Shown here one piece after another: positions 17,308-26,566 of a stretch of DNA of 32,000 nt; the stretch's first letter is position 1; every line of letters begins with the position of its first letter. Location of the stretch: positions 690,001 to 722,000 of the forward strand of contig NC_017080.1 in NCBI RefSeq assembly GCF_000284115.1. The letters are read 5' to 3'. The translations under genes and the position numbers were made by a program. The notes under the pieces are model-generated. The model made no database searches and was not told where the DNA came from. It saw only the letters and a list, made by a program, of their open reading frames with translations. The DNA comes from Phycisphaera mikurensis NBRC 102666 (lineage in GTDB: Bacteria > Planctomycetota > Phycisphaerae > Phycisphaerales > Phycisphaeraceae).

Positions 17308-18585
17308 CTAGCGGTACCTCACCACCGGCTCGAAGCCGATCGCCGATGCCTCCCACTCCAGGACCGGCTCGGGCGAGAGGCCCACGGCGGCGATCCGCGG
17401 CGGCTGGCCCCGCCCGGCGGCTTCGAGCAGCACGAACCGGCGGTGGCCCCCGGCGGGCGTGACGTAGCCGTAGAGGCGGGCGTCGCCGGCGTCGAAGACC
17501 AGCTCCCCGTCCTCCCCGAGGCGGCGGAGCGTGAAGCCGCGGCGGACCAGCGTCCGCTCCAGCGTCTCGAGGTCGCGCGGCATCGGCCAGCCCTCCCGCC
17601 GGTGGTAGGCGAGCGCCTGCCCGAGGAACTCCAGCCGCTGGGCGGCCTCGCTCACCGGCGGCGGGGCGGCGCCGGCGAGCCAGGCCGCCCACCGGCCCTG
17701 CATCGCGGAGGCGTCGGTGATCCCGAAGGCGGTGCGGAGCGCGGTGTCGGCGTTCTGGCCCAGCGAGAGCTGCCGCAGGTAGTTGAGAAAGGCCTCGCGG
17801 TAGCGGCCGTTCTCGGCGTGGATGAGGAAGTAGACCAGCGACCAGGACTGCGCGTACAGCGTCCGCGAGCGGTCCGGGTCGCGGTGCAGCAGGTCGATCC
17901 AGGTGCGGCCCTCGGCGCGGAGCAGCGTCGGCAGCGGCCACGCGGTGCCGCGGATCAGCGCCGAGCGGACCCCGGCGAGCCGCTCGGCGTTGAGCTCGCC
18001 GACGAAGAGCCGGCCGTTCACGAGCGGGGCGTCCTCGTAGTACTGCGCCAGCCCCTCGTTGACCCAGTGCGGCAGCTGGCCCAACCGGGCGGCCGCGAAC
18101 TGGTGGAAGCCCTCGTGCTGCAGCACCGCCCGCGTCGCCGCCGGGTCGCGGCCGCTGACCCAGGTCGCCAGCGCGTCGCCGCGTGGCCCGCCCGAGAAGA
18201 ACATCCCGCCGGAGTGGTCGGCGGCGACCCCGCGGCTCTTGAGGTACGCGTGGTAGCCGGCCGCGTGGCGGAAGAGGTAGACGTCCAGCGGCGCTCGCGA
18301 GCGGCCGGTGCCGAAGCCCTCGAAGCGCCGCTCCAGGTCGTCGTAGACCGCGTCGAGGTGCAAGCCCAGCGGCGCGGCCTCCGCGCGGGGCAGGTCGGTG
18401 TGCACGAGGTAGTGCCGAGAGCGGTAGAGCGACAGCGGAGCCGCGGCGTCGGGCACGAGCCCGGCGGCGGCCGCGGGGGGAGCCGATGGAGCCGCCGCCA
18501 GCAAGACGAGCGCGAGCGCCAGGGCCAGCATCGGCAGCCCCGCCCGCCGCGGCGGCTTCGCAGTGGTCAGGGGGCGTGGCCGCAC
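17308..18585 (-). CDS. DUF1570-like peptidase-fold protein
   Basis: Signal sequence; ATRAVLQHEGFHQFAAARLGQLPHWVNEGLAQYYE contains HExxH and a downstream Glu. Start codon uncertain. Confidence 0.72.
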   Translation of the reverse strand: MRPRPLTTAKPPRRAGLPMLALALALVLLAAAPSAPPAAAAGLVPDAAAPLSLYRSRHYLVHTDLPRAEAAPLGLHLDAVYDDLERRFEGFGTGRSRAPLDVYLFRHAAGYHAYLKSRGVAADHSGGMFFSGGPRGDALATWVSGRDPAATRAVLQHEGFHQFAAARLGQLPHWVNEGLAQYYEDAPLVNGRLFVGELNAERLAGVRSALIRGTAWPLPTLLRAEGRTWIDLLHRDPDRSRTLYAQSWSLVYFLIHAENGRYREAFLNYLRQLSLGQNADTALRTAFGITDASAMQGRWAAWLAGAAPPPVSEAAQRLEFLGQALAYHRREGWPMPRDLETLERTLVRRGFTLRRLGEDGELVFDAGDARLYGYVTPAGGHRRFVLLEAAGRGQPPRIAAVGLSPEPVLEWEASAIGFEPVVRYR

Positions 18586-18800
18586 GGGTCCGGCATCGAC
18601 CCGCCGCGGCCGACGCTTGGGGCCGGCTCGCTTATGGGACGGATCGCGCGGTTATGGGGCCCATGCAGCCGGTGCAGCCGTTTCCCGCGGCGGGGTGGAT
18701 TTCCGGAGGCCTCGCGCTAGCGTCCCCGTTGAACCGGGCCTCCGAGCCCACCGCCGCAGACGCGGCCCCGTCTGCCTCCGACTCCTGAAAGGAATCCCCC

Positions 18801-19313
18801 ATGAGCGACCACGACACCAAGCACGGCGACCCCAACCGCGACCCCATCACCGACGAGAAGGGCGCCCATCCGGTCGGCGCCGGCCTCGGCGCCGCCGCCG
18901 GCGGCGCCGCCACCGGTGCCGCCGTGGGCACCGTCGCCGGACCCGTCGGAACCGCCATCGGCGTGATCGCCGGCGGCCTCATCGGCGGCCTCGCCGGCAA
19001 GGGCGTCGCCGAAGCCGTCGATCCCACCGAGGAGGACGCCTACTGGCGCGACGAGCACGCCAACAAGCGTCGCGACTACTACAAGGACGACCGCGACTAC
19101 GACACGCACTACAAGCCCGCCCACCAGTACGGCTGGGAGAGCTACTCCAAGAGCAAGCACGAGAAAGGCGAGGCCGAAACCTTCGACCAGCTCTCCCCCC
19201 GCATGAAGCAGGAGTGGAACGAGCACCGCAGCGACAGCGACCTCACCTGGGAGGAGGCGCACCCCGCCGCCCGCGACAGCTACAACCGCGCCTACGAGAA
19301 GAACGCGAGCTGA
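18801..19313 (+). CDS. Glycine-zipper domain protein, hypothetical
   Basis: GAGLGAAAGGAATGAAVGTVAGPVGTAIGVIAGGLIGGLAG then charged Tyr-rich region (HQYGWESYSKSKHEK); SD AAAGGA upstream. Confidence 0.8.
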   Translation: MSDHDTKHGDPNRDPITDEKGAHPVGAGLGAAAGGAATGAAVGTVAGPVGTAIGVIAGGLIGGLAGKGVAEAVDPTEEDAYWRDEHANKRRDYYKDDRDYDTHYKPAHQYGWESYSKSKHEKGEAETFDQLSPRMKQEWNEHRSDSDLTWEEAHPAARDSYNRAYEKNAS

Positions 19314-19340
19314 TCCGCGTCGCCGGAATGCGAGCATGGA

Positions 19341-19378
19341 GCGCCCCTCGGCCCGGCCGCGGGGCGCTTTCGTGCGCG
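19341..19378 (+). terminator. Intrinsic terminator of the 18801 gene
   Basis: GCGCCCC (19341-19347) / GGGGCGC (19361-19367) stem followed by TTTCGTGCGCG. Confidence 0.65.
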
Positions 19379-19468
19379 AGCACGGGAAGAGCGGGTCCCA
19401 GATCGACCGTTTCCGGGGCTCCCGGCGGTGGAAAGCCGCGTCGGCAGATCCGCCGGGCGCCGCCCCGG

Positions 19469-19514
19469 CCGCGGACCGCGCGTGGAAACGCCGCGGAAAC
19501 CCGACGGTCCGCGG
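19469..19514. repeat. Inverted-repeat element copy E4 in convergent intergenic region
   Basis: CCGCGGACCG (19469-19478) - 26 nt - CGGTCCGCGG (19505-19514). Confidence 0.85.
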
Positions 19515-19556
19515 CGTGGGTGCTCGTGCCGGGGCCGGCCGGGCCCGGGCGTCGGC

Positions 19557-20516
19557 TCAGTCGTACGCCGTCGGCTCCAGCTCCCGGACGAGCTTCTCGC
19601 GGATGCCGATGGCGAACTCCTCGAAGTCCGCGGCGTGCATCGAGAAGCTGTTGGGCCCCTGCGCCAGCTCGTCGGCGTACCAGCCTGCGAGGCCCTCGAC
19701 GTCGCCGATCGAGATGCCGTTGATCGTGACGTTGGGCCCCCGGTTGCCGAGGATGAAGTCCCAGGTGGGCCCCATGAGCCGGTCGAGGTCGTGGTCGTCT
19801 CCACGCTCGTTTGCCGCGTAGTAGGCCTGGTTCTCGCAGACCCCGTCGCCGGACACGTCGATGACCTCACGCCGGCCGTCGAACTTGTTCCGCTTCATGA
19901 AGTGCATCGCGGTGCCCAGGGCGTTGGACATGATCGTGTTGTCCGCGTGCCGCCGCTCGAAGTTGGCGATCCGTTGCGCGAAGCGGCGGCAGTCCGCCGC
20001 CGTCCGCAGATCGTGCCAGCCGGAGTTGCTGTGCTGCCACGTCGACGACCACGTCATGAACATGACGGCCACGCCGTCGCTCCGCATGATCTGCGCCTGC
20101 ACCGCCGGATCCTCGAAGGCCTTCACGTAGCCGTCGATCTGCAGCTCCCACTCCCGGTCGTCCACGCTCTTGGAGGCGTCGACCAGCAGGGCGAGCTCGA
20201 TGTCGACCGCCGTGTTCGGCGGCGGCGGCGGGGGCGGTGCCACGGGCTCCATCGGCGGGGCGGGCGGCGGCGGGTTGCGGCGGCGCTCCTCCTCCTCGAG
20301 GCGGCGGCGCTCCGCCGCCTCGGCCTGGCGTCGCTCCCGCTCGGCGATCTCCTCGGGGGTCGGCGGCGGCGGCGGCGGCGGGGGCGGGGCGACGTAGGGC
20401 CAGCCCTCGCTCGCGTCGGGCTCGGCGGCGCTCGCGGTTGTGGCGGGCGCGAGCACCGCGGCGGCGAGCAGCGCCGCCATCGGGAGTCGGAGGGCGTGGG
20501 AGAGGGAAGGCTTCAT
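19557..20516 (-). CDS. DUF1194 / von Willebrand factor A-like secreted protein with proline-rich linker
   Basis: VDIELALLVDASKSVDDREWELQIDGY, VIDVSGDGVCEN and Pro tracts flanking an Arg/Glu coiled segment; GGAG SD upstream of ATG. Confidence 0.82.
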   Translation of the reverse strand: MKPSLSHALRLPMAALLAAAVLAPATTASAAEPDASEGWPYVAPPPPPPPPPTPEEIAERERRQAEAAERRRLEEEERRRNPPPPAPPMEPVAPPPPPPPNTAVDIELALLVDASKSVDDREWELQIDGYVKAFEDPAVQAQIMRSDGVAVMFMTWSSTWQHSNSGWHDLRTAADCRRFAQRIANFERRHADNTIMSNALGTAMHFMKRNKFDGRREVIDVSGDGVCENQAYYAANERGDDHDLDRLMGPTWDFILGNRGPNVTINGISIGDVEGLAGWYADELAQGPNSFSMHAADFEEFAIGIREKLVRELEPTAYD

Positions 20517-20731
20517 GTTCAGCTCCGGAAGTCGGGGATCGGCTCCCGGACGCGGGAGCACCGCCGCCTTCATCGGATCCGGCGCCAGCCGTTGCCACGC
20601 CACGCTTTGCGGGGGCGGCGGTCGGCGCCCGGTAGCGCGGCCTGGCCCGCTTGCAACGGCGGCGCCGGTGCCGCCTTGGCGTCCTTTACCCTCGCGTCGG
20701 ACTTCCTTCTCCTTCGACCCCGAGCCCGCTT

Positions 20732-21730
20732 ATGCCCCGCAAGATCGACGGCGACTTCGTCACCTTCACCCAATTCATCCAGGAGGAGCAGAACCGGCAC
20801 CCCGAGGCGACCGGCGATTTCTCCTGGCTCATGTCCGGCGTGGCGCTGGCGACGCGGATGATCGGCAGCTACATCCGCCGGGCCGGGCTCATCGACGTGT
20901 GGGGCGACCAGGGCACCACCAACGTCCAGGGCGAGACGGTCAAGAAGCTCGACATCATGGCCAACGACGCGCTGAAGCGCACGCTGGGCTACCGCGGCAA
21001 CGTCGGCATCATCGCCAGCGAGGAGGACGACGAGCCGCGGGTGATCAGCGAGGTCGAGGGCGAGGACAGCTACATCGTCATGTTCGACCCGCTGGACGGC
21101 AGCTCGAACATCGACGTGAACGTCAGCGTCGGCACGATCTTCACGGTGTTCAAGAACCCCCCGGAGATCGAGGGCGCCGCCAAGAGCGTGCTCCAGCCGG
21201 GCTCGAAACAGATCGCCGCGGGCTACGTGCTCTACGGCAGCTCCACCGTGCTGGTCTACACCTGCGGGCAGGGCACGCACATGTTCACGCTCGACCCGCA
21301 GTACGGCACGTACCTGCTCACGCGCGAGAACATCACGATCCCCCAGCACACGCCCAGCTACTCGGTCAACGAGGCGTACAGCCACGGCTTCCCCGAGGGC
21401 TACCGCCGCTACCTCGACTGGGTGAAGCTCGAGAAGCCGCGTTACTCCAGCCGCTACGTCGGCAGCCTCGTCGCCGACTTCCACCGCATCCTGATCAAGG
21501 GGGGCGTCTACTTCTACCCCGAGACGAACGCCAACCCCGAGGGCAAGCTCCGGCTCATGTACGAGAGCAACCCGCTGGCCTTCCTCGCCGAGCAGGCGGG
21601 CGGCGCCGCCAGCACCGGCACGCAGCGCATCCTCGACGTGATGCCGGGCGACGTGCACCACCGCACGCCGCTGGTCATCGGCGGGAAGAGGAACGTGGAC
21701 GAGGTGCTGGACATGCTCCAGGCCGGCTGA
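20732..21730 (+). CDS. fbp: Fructose-1,6-bisphosphatase class I
   Basis: MFDPLDGSSNIDVNVSVGTIF, GYVLYGSSTVLVYT and MYESNPLAFLAEQAGGAAS. Confidence 0.96.
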   Translation: MPRKIDGDFVTFTQFIQEEQNRHPEATGDFSWLMSGVALATRMIGSYIRRAGLIDVWGDQGTTNVQGETVKKLDIMANDALKRTLGYRGNVGIIASEEDDEPRVISEVEGEDSYIVMFDPLDGSSNIDVNVSVGTIFTVFKNPPEIEGAAKSVLQPGSKQIAAGYVLYGSSTVLVYTCGQGTHMFTLDPQYGTYLLTRENITIPQHTPSYSVNEAYSHGFPEGYRRYLDWVKLEKPRYSSRYVGSLVADFHRILIKGGVYFYPETNANPEGKLRLMYESNPLAFLAEQAGGAASTGTQRILDVMPGDVHHRTPLVIGGKRNVDEVLDMLQAG

Positions 21731-21750
21731 AGATCCGGGTCGCTGCGCGA

Positions 21751-21756
21751 TAGCTT
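21751..21756 (+). promoter_or_regulatory. -10-like TAGCTT, 6 nt before GT4 GTG
   Basis: TAGCTT-CGCCCG-GTG. Confidence 0.4.
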
Positions 21757-21762
21757 CGCCCG

Positions 21763-23265
21763 GTGAGCCCGCCGTCCCTTCCGCCGCTGCCGGCCTCGGC
21801 CCCGCCGGCGCCTCCGCCTGCGAGCGGGCCGGGGGTGGGCCCGGCCCTCACCTACCTCGGTCGCAGCCGGCTGGGCAAGGACCGGGCAAACCTCCTGCAG
21901 ACGCTGCAGACCGTGGCGGCGCTGGAGGGCATCGGCCACCCGACGCGGCTGGTGCTCCCGGGGTGGAGGCGCCGGATCGACCCGCGGGCGCTGCTCGCGG
22001 GCTTCGGCGTCGACCCCGCGCTCGAGCTCGAGGGGCACGAGGGCTTCCGCGAACGCCACGGGTACCTGCCGTACCTGCGACGCCACCGGGCGGAGCTGCG
22101 GGACGCCCGCGCGTACTGCCGCTACGTGCGGCAGGCGGGCGCCTGCTGGTCGCTGGGCATCCCGGTCACGCTGGAGGTGCACAACCGGGCGATGCTGGAG
22201 GAGCGGGGCTGGGTCCCGCGGCTCGTGGAGGCGCAGCGGCGGCGTTGGCTGCCGGCGGTCGTTTGCATCAACCGCGCCGACGCCGCGGCGTTCGCGGCCG
22301 CGGGGATGGAGCCCGAGCGGCTCCACGTCGCGCCCTCCGGCGTCGACCTCCGGGCCTTCGGCGGGTTGCCCGAGCCCGATCTTCTCGGCGGCGGCCCGCC
22401 GCGGGTCGCCTACCTCGGCCGTCTCAGCGAGGACCGCGGGCTGGGGCTGCTGCTCGCGCTCCACCGCCGGGGGGTGCTGCGCCTGTCGCTCGCCGGCGAC
22501 GCGGACACCGCCTTCGAGCCCCCGCCCGGCGTCGCCTCCCGCGGCTTCGTCCCGCCGCGGGAGGTGCCGGCGCTGCTGGGTGCGACCGACCTCGTGCTGC
22601 TCCCGTACCAGCCGCGGCTCGCCCACGCGGGCTCGATCAGCCCGATCAAGCTCTTCGAGGCGATGGCGGCGGGCCGGCCGGTGATCGCCAGCGACCTGCC
22701 CGCGATCCGCGAGGTCGTGCGGGACGGCGTGAACGGCCTCCTGGTGCCGCCCGCGGACGCCGACGCCTGGGCCGCCGCCGTCGCGCGGCTCCGGGCGGAC
22801 CCGGGGCTAGCCCGCCGGCTGGCCGACGCCGCGCGCACCGACGCCGCCGCCTACGCCTGGCCGCAGCGTGCCCGCGTCGTGGCCCGTGCGCTGGGCCTCC
22901 CGCCCGCAGGCGGCGGGCGTGGCCCGGACTGGGCGGAGACGCTCGCCGCCGCCCGCACCCACCCGCGTCTCCGCCGCCGCCTCGCCCGCGAGCTGGGCCG
23001 CCGCCTGGCCGCCGGCGACCGCCTCGATCCGCTCGCGGCGGTCGAACTCGGCCCCGACCGCCGGCTCCGCGGGCCGGCGCGGGGCGGCTCGCTGCGGCGC
23101 CGGCTGGCCGCGGCGGCGTCGGCGCTGCGAGCGGAGGCCGGGTTCGGCGCGACGGACCTCCAGCGGCTCGTCGGCGCCGCGCTCGCCGACGTCCGGCGGC
23201 CGTGGCGGGGGGGGCGGCTGCGCCGGAGCCTCCTGCGCCCGCCCGGCGTTGCGAATCCGCCGTAG
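21763..23265 (+). CDS. Glycosyltransferase family 4 protein
   Basis: ERLHVAPSGVDLRAF and AHAGSISPIKLFEAMAAGRPVIASDLPAIREVVRDGVNGLLVPPAD. Confidence 0.88.
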   Translation: MSPPSLPPLPASAPPAPPPASGPGVGPALTYLGRSRLGKDRANLLQTLQTVAALEGIGHPTRLVLPGWRRRIDPRALLAGFGVDPALELEGHEGFRERHGYLPYLRRHRAELRDARAYCRYVRQAGACWSLGIPVTLEVHNRAMLEERGWVPRLVEAQRRRWLPAVVCINRADAAAFAAAGMEPERLHVAPSGVDLRAFGGLPEPDLLGGGPPRVAYLGRLSEDRGLGLLLALHRRGVLRLSLAGDADTAFEPPPGVASRGFVPPREVPALLGATDLVLLPYQPRLAHAGSISPIKLFEAMAAGRPVIASDLPAIREVVRDGVNGLLVPPADADAWAAAVARLRADPGLARRLADAARTDAAAYAWPQRARVVARALGLPPAGGGRGPDWAETLAAARTHPRLRRRLARELGRRLAAGDRLDPLAAVELGPDRRLRGPARGGSLRRRLAAAASALRAEAGFGATDLQRLVGAALADVRRPWRGGRLRRSLLRPPGVANPP

Positions 23266-23343
23266 GGAGCCCGGAGCGGCCGCACCGGCACCGCGTACCG
23301 CGGACGCCAGCCCGCGCCGGGCAGGTGGCTCACCGACGCCGCT

Positions 23344-25242
23344 TCAGACCAGCTGCGCGTCCACCAGCCGCCGGTAGATCTCGCTGGCCCCGAGCAGCTC
23401 CTCGTGCGTGCCGCGGTCGACGATGCGGCCGTCGTCCATCACGACGATCTCGTCGGCGTCGACCACGGTCGAGAGGCGGTGCGCGATCAGCAGCGTGGTG
23501 CGGCCCTCCGCGAGGCGATCCATCGCCAGCTTGATCTTCAGCTCGCTGTCGGCGTCGACCTGGCTGGTCGCCTCGTCGAGGATCAGCACCGGGGCGTCAC
23601 GCAGGATCGCCCGGGCGATCGAGATCCGCTGGCCCTGCCCGCCGGAGAGGCCCACGCCGCCCTCGCCGAGCACCGCGTCGTAGCCGTCGGGCAGGCGGTC
23701 GATGAAGTCGTGCGCGAAGGCTCGCTTCGCGGCGTCGACGACATCCTCGCGGGCGGCGTGCCCGCGGCCGTAGGCGATGTTCTCCGCGATCGTCCCGCCG
23801 AACAGCGCCGTCTTCTGGCTCACCACCGCGATCCGCTCGCGCAGGCTCTTGAGATCCAGCGAAGCAACGTCCACGCCGCCGAGCAGGATCCGCCCGCGGG
23901 TGGGCTCGAGCAGCCGGGGCAGGTGATTCACCAGCGTGGTCTTGCCCGACCCATTGCCGCCGACGATGGCGACGCGGTGGCCGGCGGGCACGTGGAGGTC
24001 GACGCCGGCGACGGCGTCGCGGTCGGCGTTGGGGTAGCGGTGGACCACGCCCTCGAAGGCGACCGAGAGCGAGCCGGCGGGGGCCGGGGGCAAGCCCCGG
24101 CGGCCGGGCCAGTCGGTGGGTTCGGCCGGCAGCTCCTCGTCGAGGGCGATCACCCGGTCGGCGGCGGCGGCGGCGGCCTGCAGCTCGTTGGTCAGGTTCG
24201 CCAGCGGCTTGAGCTTCGAGCCCGCCGCGACCAGCGCGCCGAGCACCACGACCAGCTCCTCGGGCTGCACGCCGCGGTTGAAGACCCACCACGCCGCGAC
24301 CGACGCGGTAAGCACCACGCCGATCAGCGCCAGCGTGTCCATCAGCGGCGAGGAGGCCGCCTTGATCCGCCGCACCTTCAGCCGCTCCCGCAGCACCCGC
24401 CGCTGCACGTTCTGGAAGCGGCGTCGCTCCACGCCCTCGGCGTTGTGGGTCTTCACCGTCGCCAAGGCGGTGAAGGCCTGCGTCAGCGTCCGCAGCACCG
24501 AGCCGCGGTAGGACAGCTCGCGTCGCGTGCTCACGCGGATCCGCTTGCCGGAGAGCACGATGATGAAGCCCAGCAGCGGCGCGACGATGAGCGCCACCAG
24601 CGAGAGCCGCCAGTTCATGATGAAGGCGACCGCCACGCCGACGGCGCCCTGGAGCAGCGCCTCGAAGGTGCGGCCGAGCAGGATGGGGTAGCCGGCGCAC
24701 ATCTGCGTCACGTCGCCGGTGAGGCGGGCGATGAGGTCCGAGACGCCGCCGGTCGGCCCCTTCTCCAGCCCCGCCGGCGGCCCCCACCGCTTGCGCTCCC
24801 GCTTCACGGCCGCGTCGGAGTGCAGCCGCGGCAGCGGCACGCGGATCGCCCGGCGGAACAGCCGCTTCCGCCACCACTGCTCGGCGTAGATCGTGACGTC
24901 CTGCACCGAGGCGGTCTGCAGGTAGCGGCCGATGCTGCCGACGATCGTGAAGAGCACGATGACGCCCAGCAGGCTGACGAACTGGGTGAAGGGCGTGCCC
25001 GGCAGCAGGTCGATGACCCCGTTCGCCGGCCCCTGCAGCCAGCCCGGCCCGCGTTGCGCCGCGTCGCGGAGGGTCGGTCGCAGGTCCGTCTGCGGGTTCA
25101 GCAGCAGCTGCATCACCGGGAACAACATCCCCAGCCCGGCCCCGAACGAGGCGGCCGAGAGCAACGCACCCGCCACGAGCAGCACCAGCAGGCGCTTGAA
25201 CCGCAGAAGCACCCGACAGGATCGCCACAATGGACCACGCAT
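23344..25242 (-). CDS. ABC transporter, MsbA-like ATP-binding/permease exporter
   Basis: Walker A GGNGSGKTTLV, signature LSGGQGQRISIARAI, Walker B VLILDEATSQVD and N-terminal TM domain. Confidence 0.95.
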   Translation of the reverse strand: MRGPLWRSCRVLLRFKRLLVLLVAGALLSAASFGAGLGMLFPVMQLLLNPQTDLRPTLRDAAQRGPGWLQGPANGVIDLLPGTPFTQFVSLLGVIVLFTIVGSIGRYLQTASVQDVTIYAEQWWRKRLFRRAIRVPLPRLHSDAAVKRERKRWGPPAGLEKGPTGGVSDLIARLTGDVTQMCAGYPILLGRTFEALLQGAVGVAVAFIMNWRLSLVALIVAPLLGFIIVLSGKRIRVSTRRELSYRGSVLRTLTQAFTALATVKTHNAEGVERRRFQNVQRRVLRERLKVRRIKAASSPLMDTLALIGVVLTASVAAWWVFNRGVQPEELVVVLGALVAAGSKLKPLANLTNELQAAAAAADRVIALDEELPAEPTDWPGRRGLPPAPAGSLSVAFEGVVHRYPNADRDAVAGVDLHVPAGHRVAIVGGNGSGKTTLVNHLPRLLEPTRGRILLGGVDVASLDLKSLRERIAVVSQKTALFGGTIAENIAYGRGHAAREDVVDAAKRAFAHDFIDRLPDGYDAVLGEGGVGLSGGQGQRISIARAILRDAPVLILDEATSQVDADSELKIKLAMDRLAEGRTTLLIAHRLSTVVDADEIVVMDDGRIVDRGTHEELLGASEIYRRLVDAQLV

Positions 25243-25249
25243 GGGCGGC

Positions 25250-25255
25250 ACACTA
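25250..25255 (-). promoter_or_regulatory. -10-like TAGTGT, 7 nt before ABC exporter ATG
   Basis: Minus strand TAGTGT-GCCGCCC-ATG. Confidence 0.45.
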
Positions 25256-25342
25256 AAGATGACCCGCCGCGGCCGGGCGGCGGCCGCGCCGCGGGACGCT
25301 CCCGGGCGGCGGGGCGGCGGGGCGGCTCGCGGCGGGCGTGCG

Positions 25343-25388
25343 CCGCGGATCGCACGCTCGGAGGCGGGTTCAGGGCCGCGGTCCGCGG
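25343..25388. repeat. Inverted-repeat element copy E6, overlapping 3' end of HTTM-like gene
   Basis: CCGCGGATCG (25343-25352) - 26 nt - CGGTCCGCGG (25379-25388); one mismatch. Confidence 0.75.
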
Positions 25389-26566
25389 CGGGCGCCCGCC
25401 CACCGGTGGGCGTGCCAGGCCCCGATGCCGCCGACGACGACCGCGCAGAAGAGGGCGCACGCGGCCCAGCGGAGGTCGACGGCGGGCGGAAGCCGCTGCT
25501 GCAGCGGGTCCAGGCCCCAGACGGCGCTGCCGAGGAAGACGGCCAGGAGGACCGCCAGGACCGCCGGGCGCGGCCGCGCGAAGGCCGCGCCGACGGCATG
25601 GCGTGCCCGCCGGACGCCCGGCAACGCCCCCATCCGACGCCAGGGCAGGAACGCCGCGTAAGCGAGGAAGCTCTGCACGAAGAAGATGTCCATCGTGAAG
25701 AACACCGCGGTGTGGAACAGCACCAGCACCACGAGGTTCACCCGGAACAGCAGCGGCAGGAACACCAGGAACGCCGGCGCCCCCTCCGCCAGCACGGTGG
25801 CCCAGTCCTGCGCCTCCCAGACCCACCACGGCATCGGCAGCTCGATCGTCAGCCGGGTGGTGGGCGTGTCGCGGCCGGTCAGGTGGAAGTTCCGCAGCGT
25901 GTGGTAGAGGACCGCCTGCTTCTCGGTGTCCAGCCAGCCGCCGCGCAGCTTCGGGAGCGCGGAGGTGAACAGCGAGCAGCCGACGATCCACGCCCAGAGC
26001 GTGAGCAGGTAGCCGGCGCGGGCCGGGCTCACCCGCGGCCGGCCGCCGGCTCCGTCTCGGGCGCGAGCGCGGGCGCGGGCCTGTGCGTCCAGCGAGAGCC
26101 GGTCGCCCCAGCCGGCGTAGGCCATCACCAGCGGCATGATCACCAGCGTGATGTTGTGGCCGATCTTGCCGGTCGTGAACAGGCCGCCCTGCATGAGGAG
26201 GAAGCCCAGGGCGAGGCCGACCGACGCCGTGCGCGTCCACTTGCCGACGAACAGGAGGAAGGCGAGGACGCCGAGCACCGGGTTCAGCACGCCGTACAGC
26301 CAGGCCGGGGGCGAGCCGCCGAACGCCGCCACCATCAGCCAGGGCAGGCCCGGCGGCGGCTGGGCGGGGAAGCTCTCGAAGGCGGCGACCCAGCGGCCCG
26401 ACGGCAGCGATGCGAGCACGAAGAGCAACGCGAACGCCATCCGCAGGAAGGGCAGCCCGGCGATCGAGTCGGCGTAGAGCGTGTTGGCGCGGCGGACCAG
26501 CCGCTGCTCCCAGGTGGGGGCCGCGGCGTCGCGTGGCCCGGACGCGGCGGCCTCAGGCGGGGGCAT
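25370..26566 (-). CDS. HTTM-like (vitamin K-dependent gamma-carboxylase-related) multipass membrane protein
   Basis: Several TM helices; GLFTTGKIGHNITLVIMPLVMAYAGWGDRLSLD and VFFTMDIFFVQSFLAYAAFLPW. Family assignment by eye. Confidence 0.65.
   Translation of the reverse strand: MPPPEAAASGPRDAAAPTWEQRLVRRANTLYADSIAGLPFLRMAFALLFVLASLPSGRWVAAFESFPAQPPPGLPWLMVAAFGGSPPAWLYGVLNPVLGVLAFLLFVGKWTRTASVGLALGFLLMQGGLFTTGKIGHNITLVIMPLVMAYAGWGDRLSLDAQARARARARDGAGGRPRVSPARAGYLLTLWAWIVGCSLFTSALPKLRGGWLDTEKQAVLYHTLRNFHLTGRDTPTTRLTIELPMPWWVWEAQDWATVLAEGAPAFLVFLPLLFRVNLVVLVLFHTAVFFTMDIFFVQSFLAYAAFLPWRRMGALPGVRRARHAVGAAFARPRPAVLAVLLAVFLGSAVWGLDPLQQRLPPAVDLRWAACALFCAVVVGGIGAWHAHRWAGARRGPRP

Noticed and set aside
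18601-18648. CCGCGGCCG...CGGATCGCGCGG near the DUF1570-like gene start
   Set aside because: The right arm matches only poorly and the spacing is off, so it is not counted. It could be a decayed copy.
20200-20400. Proline-codon tracts (GGC repeats) as a possible VNTR or CRISPR-like array
   Set aside because: These encode Pro-rich linker segments of the DUF1194 protein. There are no regular spacers or repeat units.
23298-23343. CCGCGGACGC left-arm-like word downstream of the GT4 gene; also 1947-1956
   Set aside because: No right arm at +36 in either case.
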